Origin: Trichomonas gallinae
Lineage: Eukaryota
Assembly: GCA_008369845.1 (NCBI GenBank)
Contig: MRSU01011542.1
Span: 1 to 36,484 of the forward strand
DNA length: 36,484 nt
Direction of reading: 5' to 3'
Part shown: positions 30,035 to 36,484 of the stretch, piece by piece
Layout of the letters: each line of letters begins with the position of its first letter
Position numbering within the stretch: the stretch's first letter is position 1
Program-made: the position numbers and the translations under genes
Notes under the pieces: generated by a model
Database searches by the model: none
Told to the model about the DNA's origin: nothing
Seen by the model: the letters and a program-made list of their open reading frames with translations, nothing else

Positions 30035-30508
30035 ATGTGTGATTGCAGATTCGTACTCCCGCCAATCCAGTCCATCATGCCAGCCATGGCCAACTCACAG
30101 CCGCTCTTCGCCGTCCCTAAGCCAGTTCAACAGATTGTAGTCGCCGAGCACAAGGTCCCGAGGAAGATGAAATTCACTCCTGAAGAAGATAAGAAGCTCT
30201 GCTCTCTCATCAGACAATATGGGTCTAATGACTGGATTCACATCTCTGAGCTAATGGAGACAAGGAATCCAAGACAATGCAGAGAGAGATGGAATAACTA
30301 CCTCAATCCAAATTTGAGGGATGATCCATGGACAATGGAAGAAGACAAGCTTTTGATCGCCAAATACAGAGAATTTGGTACACATTGGGCTAAGATCTCT
30401 AAGTTCTTCGTTCACAGATCAGATAATGCTATTAGAAATAGATGGCAATTACTCTTGAAACAGTCTGAGCGCCGTTCACAGAGCTCTTCTTCTCAGTCTG
30501 ATGCATAA
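30035..30508 (+). CDS. R2R3 Myb DNA-binding protein, tvMyb1-like (157 aa)
   Basis: KMKFTPEEDKKL..YGSNDWIHISELMETRNPRQCRERWNNYLNPNLRDDPWTMEEDKLL..WAKISKFFVHRSDNAIRNRW, close to the T. vaginalis Myb1 repeat pattern as I recall it. N-terminal LPPI motif; Ser-rich tail. Confidence 0.96.
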   Translation: MCDCRFVLPPIQSIMPAMANSQPLFAVPKPVQQIVVAEHKVPRKMKFTPEEDKKLCSLIRQYGSNDWIHISELMETRNPRQCRERWNNYLNPNLRDDPWTMEEDKLLIAKYREFGTHWAKISKFFVHRSDNAIRNRWQLLLKQSERRSQSSSSQSDA

Positions 30509-32612
30509 TTTTTCACATTTATTTCTTTCATCCTTATTACCATGTATTTCTATCCCTTTTATATAGATTTTATTAAATATTAGAGCTTTCCTACTTTATT
30601 TCTCTTTGATCTAAATTCATAAAATTAAGAAAATTTTAACGAGAAACATGTTAATATGGGTTCTATTAGATATAATATATTGTTTACAAACTAAATTCAA
30701 GTAAAATTAAGATAAAATAAAATTTTTCAAAATTGAATGTATATTTATCAAAATGATCATGGGAATAAGTTATATTGTAATGCCACGGTAGAGATTTCTT
30801 ACACTTTTCTATCGAAATAGCCAAATTTCAATGAACAGTTTGAAATCTCACATTTTGATTGAGTTATGGGAATTCATAAGCCGTGGTTGTTTTGGTGTAT
30901 TCTATAATATTACGAAGTCGGAGAAATCATTCGAAATTCAAAGGGAAATTTGAGAGATTTAAACAAATTTATTCGGTATACATTGATCGGTTATGATGAA
31001 TGCATCTATAGCATCAATATAATGCTATTTAACGAAAAAATACATCTATTTAACGAAAACAACCATGTTCGGTTCTTCGGATTCTAAATATGCGAGTAGG
31101 TCATATATTCCTATCCTTAATGCTATACATGTTAATACTATCAAGGTAAATTGGATATTTAACCTTCCTTTTTTCGAAATCACGGGAAAATTTTGAATAA
31201 ACCATGAGGATGAGGCTGAACAACCGTAGAATTAGCATTATCTTTGTCATTGTATCTAGAATATTTGGTTTATTTTGGTTCATTGTGATTATTTAATTCG
31301 ATTACTCGAATCATCTCAAAATTCATAATTACCGGAAGATATTTATTCCTCTATTCATACCAACTTCTATATATATGTAATATAGATGATTTCTTGGTAT
31401 ATTATTTAAATTTGACAAAAATATTCATCTTACTATATTGAGATCTCTTGAAATAAGCTTAAATATATCGATAGTATGCTAATCATCATATACAAATCCA
31501 TATATTATTGATAATTTTTTCAAGATGAAAAAATAACATAAAATGGGCTGTTATTTATAGCAAATATATATTCACATTCAAATAATACATTTCATAGCAT
31601 TAAATCCGAAATTTACTATAATTTTGCTTGAACATGTAAATAATGTAAATCTGGATCGAATTGATATAGTAGACACGTATAATTAATGAATTTTCAATTG
31701 CAGTTTGTTGTATATTGAAAATAACATAAAACACCAAGTTATCTTTATATATATTTGAAATAGATTGCTTATTATCACGATATCAGCTTTTTGCAGTAAA
31801 AACCATCACTCCACCAATCAATTTTCATAAGCATTATAATCTCTATCATGAATTGTAAATATATTGCACACAGATGAATTGTCTTTAAATTAAGATATGC
31901 GAGATTGGATTTGCATCTAGTTTTATATCAAACAGCCCTTAGCATATCAATCTTTTTTGATTGATAAATTGATATAATTTTTTCAAAATGATTGTTAATC
32001 AAATTTAATCGAGCAAATTTGCTCCAATATCTATACCCCCCTCGTCCATGCGTATTTGAAAAAAACCATGATTCGAATTTCAAAAAAAAAATCATAATCA
32101 AAAAGTACAAATTTGAAGAAATAATCTACAAAATTCAATTTTTTCAAAAAACCAAAACATAGAAAATAAGACATAATAAATACACAACACATAAATATCC
32201 GAAAATTGCAACATTTTGATTTTCATGAAAAAAAATGAGAAATATCTTTTCATTGGTTTCATTGTATACCATACATCCTATATAGTAGAGTCTCAACCAA
32301 GTGTTAATTGTTATAATATTATTTTAATCCATTCATATCATCGTAGAAACAAATTTTTCGATCATTTTCATAACCGACGAAATTTTGTCAAAATCCATCA
32401 ATGATGTCCAACATTTCTAGAGATTTATGCGTAATGCTGATGTGCATTAAAATCATTTGATAATGGTTTCGATCTTCAATTTTCATTTTTCTATCAAATA
32501 ATTTAACAAAAATTTTTTCAGAACTTTTTCTCAAATTTCTGATGAAAATGGGCTTATTATGATAAAGCAAAGCCAAAAATAGTAAAATTTTGTACGGCCA
32601 TCAACATATTTG

Positions 32613-32619
32613 TCATTTT
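32613..32619 (+). promoter_or_regulatory. Inr TCATTTT upstream of ABCF gene
   Basis: Ends 6 nt before the ATG at 32626. Confidence 0.65.
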
Positions 32620-32625
32620 TGGAAA

Positions 32626-34740
32626 ATGGAGGAGTTCTCGAAGATGCTTTCGAAATATGTGGATGATGAAGGCACGGCCGATTACATCAGGGAGGTCGCC
32701 GAATCATCTGAAACTCCCGAGGACTTTCATGAAATAGCTGGCCCGATTTTATCAGATTTTCTAAATGGCGAGAAAACTGAAGAAGAAATTCAAGAAATAT
32801 GTACGCAATTGTTTAACCTCAAGGGATCAAATGAGTCTGAAAAGGAACAAGAAGTTATGGATGCTCCTGTCGCTTTATCAAATTTAATGAATCAAGAAGT
32901 TAAAGAAATGGCTTTAGCTAAATCAATTACTAAAATTGCAAGCCCACTCGACCAGGCAAAGATGCCAGAACTTGATACTGACGACAATTCAAAATCATTA
33001 GAAAGAGCGAGAAAGAAGGAAGAGAAAAAGAAGCAAAGTTTCCAGCAAGATAGAGTGGATTACATGGAATTCGAACAATCTCAGTTCAAAGCAGGCACAA
33101 CATTCAGAAGACCTATTAATCATCACCCACACGATATCATTTTAAGAGAAATTAACATCTCAGCAGGCCCAATGAACCTCATCGAAGACGGTGAGATGCT
33201 TTTATCGCCAGGAAATCGCTACGGCCTTGTTGGAAGAAATGGAATGGGAAAGACAACACTTATGAAACATATGAACTCGAATTTACTCAAAGGCATATCC
33301 CAGGATATGCTTATCATCCATGTCGAGCAAGAAGCTCCAATTTCAGAAAGATCTGTTATTGATTCAGTTTTGGACTGCGATATCGAGAGAATCGAATTAT
33401 TAGAGAAATTGCATAAGCTAGAACAAGACCATTCAAGTACAGTTGACGATTTATCTGCAATTCAAGATAGATTAGCTGCAATTGGCTCAAATTCAGCCTA
33501 TGCAAAAGCACATTCAATCTTAGTCTCACTCGGCTTCTCACCGGAGCAGATCCAAGGACCATTAAGGCTTTGTTCTGGTGGTTTCAGAATGAGAGTTTCT
33601 TTAGCTCAAGCTTTATACATCGGCCCAGACGTTTTAATGCTCGACGAGCCGACAGGTCACCTTGATGCGCCGTCTGTTTGCTGGTTGGAAGAATATTTGA
33701 CTACACAATGCAAAGATCAGATTTTACTCGTTATTTCACACGACAGAGTCTTCTTAGACAACGTCTGCACGCACATTGTCCACTTGAAGGATAAGAAACT
33801 TACGACATATCATGGAAATTATTCATCTTTCAAGACTCAATTCGATAATAAAGTCGAAGAACTCGAGCGTCAGCACGCAAACCAGCAAGCAGCCATCGAG
33901 CACAAGGAGGACTTCGTCAGGAGACTGAGATATAAGGCCTGGGCAGCTGCTCAAGCTCAAGGCAGATTGAAATTAATCAAAAAGATGCAAGAAGAGCAAG
34001 TTGAGCTCATCGAAAGGGATCCACCAGTCTTCTTCAAGTTCGAGCTCACAACAGAAGCTGCCCAAGATGTTGTTGCACGTTGTGAAGAAGTTAAATTCTC
34101 TTATCCGGGCAAACCAATCTTCGACAACTTGAATATTGAGATCAAGAAGACCTCCAGAATCATTATCATTGGCGCAAACGGCTCAGGAAAGTCAACATTC
34201 ATCAAGATTCTCACTGGGGAAAACAAAATCCAAGAAGGCTTCTTCCAGACAATCTCAAACTTGAGGATCGGCTACTTCTCGCAGCACCACATCGACCAGA
34301 TGAACTACAACGACACTCCTCTGCAATTCATGATGAACAAACACCCAGAATTCAAGGTTGACCAACTCCGTGGAAAACTCGGCGAATTCGGAATCGGCAG
34401 CGATGTTGCTTTGAGGCCGATTTCGTCTCTGTCAGGTGGCCAGAAGACCAAAGTCGTCCTTGCATCGATCGCAATGATCAATCCTCACCTTATTATACTT
34501 GATGAAGTCACAAACAACTTGGACATGGATTCCATCGAAGCTTTAGGCATTGCACTTGGTGATTATAAGGGTGCCATCATCGCTATCACACACGACCAGC
34601 ACTTCGCTGAGCTTATTAACGGCGAAATTTATGTTTGCGAAAATATGAATTTGAAGAAGTTCCCTGGAACATTCGGAGAGTTCAGGAAACAGATCAAGTC
34701 TCAGATCAAGGCTGATTTCATTAAGTCATTCCAGCTTTAG
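32626..34740 (+). CDS. ABC-F family ATPase, ABCF3/GCN20-like (704 aa)
   Basis: Two NBDs and no TM domain: RYGLVGRNGMGKTT / CSGGFRMRVSLA / LDEPTGHLD / ISHDR, then GANGSGKST / LSGGQK / LDEVTNNLD / ITHD. Acidic helical N-terminal extension like GCN20. Confidence 0.93.
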   Translation: MEEFSKMLSKYVDDEGTADYIREVAESSETPEDFHEIAGPILSDFLNGEKTEEEIQEICTQLFNLKGSNESEKEQEVMDAPVALSNLMNQEVKEMALAKSITKIASPLDQAKMPELDTDDNSKSLERARKKEEKKKQSFQQDRVDYMEFEQSQFKAGTTFRRPINHHPHDIILREINISAGPMNLIEDGEMLLSPGNRYGLVGRNGMGKTTLMKHMNSNLLKGISQDMLIIHVEQEAPISERSVIDSVLDCDIERIELLEKLHKLEQDHSSTVDDLSAIQDRLAAIGSNSAYAKAHSILVSLGFSPEQIQGPLRLCSGGFRMRVSLAQALYIGPDVLMLDEPTGHLDAPSVCWLEEYLTTQCKDQILLVISHDRVFLDNVCTHIVHLKDKKLTTYHGNYSSFKTQFDNKVEELERQHANQQAAIEHKEDFVRRLRYKAWAAAQAQGRLKLIKKMQEEQVELIERDPPVFFKFELTTEAAQDVVARCEEVKFSYPGKPIFDNLNIEIKKTSRIIIIGANGSGKSTFIKILTGENKIQEGFFQTISNLRIGYFSQHHIDQMNYNDTPLQFMMNKHPEFKVDQLRGKLGEFGIGSDVALRPISSLSGGQKTKVVLASIAMINPHLIILDEVTNNLDMDSIEALGIALGDYKGAIIAITHDQHFAELINGEIYVCENMNLKKFPGTFGEFRKQIKSQIKADFIKSFQL

Positions 34741-35524
34741 AAGCGTTATTATATTATTTTCATTTTGTTATATAAATCTATCCTTTTCATCAATTTACAA
34801 TAATACAGTAGAAACATTAATGAAATCCTAAGTATCAATTTTTGTTGAAATTCGAGAAAAATATGATTGAGTTTTGAGTTTTACAAAATTAGCGAACAAA
34901 TCAGCTCAATACAATATCAATAATGAACATATTTTTGATTTGTTCAGTCAATTTTGTATTAATGCAGGAATTTAATGTATGAATACGAACGATTAAAGAT
35001 GCTAATGCGTATTTATCGTTTTGATTTGAACATTTAACATTATTAGAGCTTTGTAAATATAATTGAAAGCATGAAAAAGCTATGAATCGTTGAAATGTAG
35101 CATAATGAATTAGAATCCATGCAAAATAAATGTTATTGAATGAAAATGTGATCGACAAATAAAATATATGTGGTTAAAGAAGCATGCTGTTAAGGGATTT
35201 GCGGTCATTTGCCCTTCTTTTTCTTCAAATAAAAACTCTTCTATTTTCAAAATTAATAAAATGATTTCATTAGACATTTTTAACTCCATTTTAAGCTTTA
35301 TGAAAGTCAAAAATTTGATAGAAAAATTGAGAAAAACGAACTCTAAAGAAAAGTGACAACATCATCGAACGCGTTAATCATCAATAATTCTAGATTATAG
35401 TTATTATCGCAATTGAAAGATCAATCAAAAATTGAGAGTTGTGTCAGTTTTTTATTTGAAATAAAAAGAAAATGATATATTACAGTTGACAATTTTATAT
35501 ATGTTTCTGTTTTGAATAATCAAA

Positions 35525-35532
35525 AAAGTGAC
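35525..35532 (+). promoter_or_regulatory. M2 motif AAAGTGAC
   Basis: Exact M2 match 3 nt before the ATG at 35536; a second copy lies at 35350-35357. Confidence 0.65.
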
Positions 35533-35535
35533 AAA

Positions 35536-36180
35536 ATGTTTTGGTTATTTGCTTTGTCATATTGCTCGTCTGTTTATAACATGATTATGGACAAGCAGGA
35601 CAACATTCCGTACTTCATCATGATAACAACGAAAAGTTGTCCAAATTGCGTAACAGCAAAACCAGAATTCGACGGCGCGAAGGAATATCTTGGTAAATAT
35701 GTACGTTTCATCCAAGTTGATGCTGATGAGGACAAAGAGTTGTCTTCAAAGCTTCACGTATCTCATGTTCCGTTTTTCGCCTACTGCTTCAAAGGTCAAA
35801 TTATGCCGTTTCCTGGCCCTCCACAAAAGGACAAACTTGTGAACTTTGTTGCAAGCAAACTTCCTAAAGATATCAAGAAAATTACAAGAAAACCGGATGA
35901 TCTTCAAAATGGCGTCATTATTTTCTCTAAAAGATTCACTCCACCATCCCTCATTTCAGTCGCTTCATACGCGCTCGCTAAGGAAGGCCTTAAATTCTAT
36001 TTTACAAATACTCAGGCTGTTTACAGACAATTCCATGTCCCAGAATATCCAGCCATCTATTTCATCAAGAATGGCGAAACCAAATTATACGATGGACCAG
36101 AAGATATTGCTTCCTTCGTTGAAAATATCAAGAAGCATTTTGAATCCAATTCTTCAGAACGTCCATCAAATGAACTTTAG
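35536..36180 (+). CDS. Secretory-pathway thioredoxin/PDI-like protein (214 aa)
   Basis: Short signal peptide MFWLFALSYCS; CPNC active site; FIQVDADEDKELSSKLHVSHVP; a second CxxC-less Trx-like domain (FHVPEYPAIYF..YDG); ends SNEL. Confidence 0.88.
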   Translation: MFWLFALSYCSSVYNMIMDKQDNIPYFIMITTKSCPNCVTAKPEFDGAKEYLGKYVRFIQVDADEDKELSSKLHVSHVPFFAYCFKGQIMPFPGPPQKDKLVNFVASKLPKDIKKITRKPDDLQNGVIIFSKRFTPPSLISVASYALAKEGLKFYFTNTQAVYRQFHVPEYPAIYFIKNGETKLYDGPEDIASFVENIKKHFESNSSERPSNEL

Positions 36181-36410
36181 TGATATATACGATTACCAGA
36201 ATTTTTTAAATATTAATTTTTCTTTTGAATAAATATTTGGTATATTCCAAAAATTCGCCTTGTTTTCCGTCATAATAGAGACAAATGATCATATTCTATC
36301 TTTGTGTATGTTCTCTTTCGAAGAGAAAAAAAATACAGCAATTTTTGGTGTCAATTTTGGAAAATGCATATTTACTATTACAAAATAATTTATAAATATT
36401 TTATTGTAAA

Positions 36411-36482
36411 TCCGATATCGTTCAGCGGTTAGGATATGTGGTTTTCATCCACAGGATCGGGGTTCGACTCCCCGTATCGGAA
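36411..36482 (+). tRNA. tRNA-Glu (anticodon TTC)
   Basis: Acceptor TCCGATA/TATCGGA; D-arm GTTC..GGAT; anticodon stem TGTGG/CCACA with loop TTTTCAT (TTC at 36444-36446); T-arm CGGGG-TTCGACT-CCCCG; 72 nt, no intron, no encoded CCA. Confidence 0.97.
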
Positions 36483-36484
36483 AA

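Noticed and set aside
36391..36398. TATAAATA upstream of the tRNA as a Pol III TATA box
   Set aside because: Only 13-20 nt upstream and common in such AT-rich DNA; cannot be supported.
1..36484. Spliceosomal introns, Maverick/Tc1-mariner/Mutator elements, alternative genetic code
   Set aside because: I saw no ACTAACACACAG-type branch/3' motif and all 14 CDSs are uninterrupted. There are no transposase, integrase or polB ORFs or long TIRs. TAA, TAG and TGA all terminate well-supported genes.

Overview
AT-rich eukaryotic DNA with no visible introns. Gene content and promoter motifs point to a trichomonad (Trichomonas vaginalis or a close parabasalid); this is inference from Inr TCAYT, M2 AAAGTGAC, M3/M5-like motifs, TAAA overlapping stop codons, and the R2R3-Myb, BEACH and PH-AGC kinase families. 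I can support 14 protein-coding genes: C2-like, EGF-repeat membrane protein, ARF GTPase, degenerate Hsp70-fold protein, WDR11-like, PH-AGC kinase, EamA transporter, NOT2-like, two R2R3 Mybs, a 2416-aa BEACH protein, SLC35F-like transporter, ABCF3/GCN20-like and an ER thioredoxin/PDI-like protein. There is also one tRNA-Glu(TTC). I saw no transposon, CRISPR array or rRNA. Most unexplained signal is non-coding: a recurrent intergenic TGACATGTAA(A) element within TGACA/TGTCA clusters, four G-runs phased about 22 bp apart upstream of EamA, a structured GC island after NOT2, local duplications, a 5'-to-3' GC rise in the long genes, and the four largest spacers all flanking the two Myb genes. No new system is demonstrated; the TGACATGTAA element is the best candidate. 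All family calls come from motif recognition by eye, not database searches.
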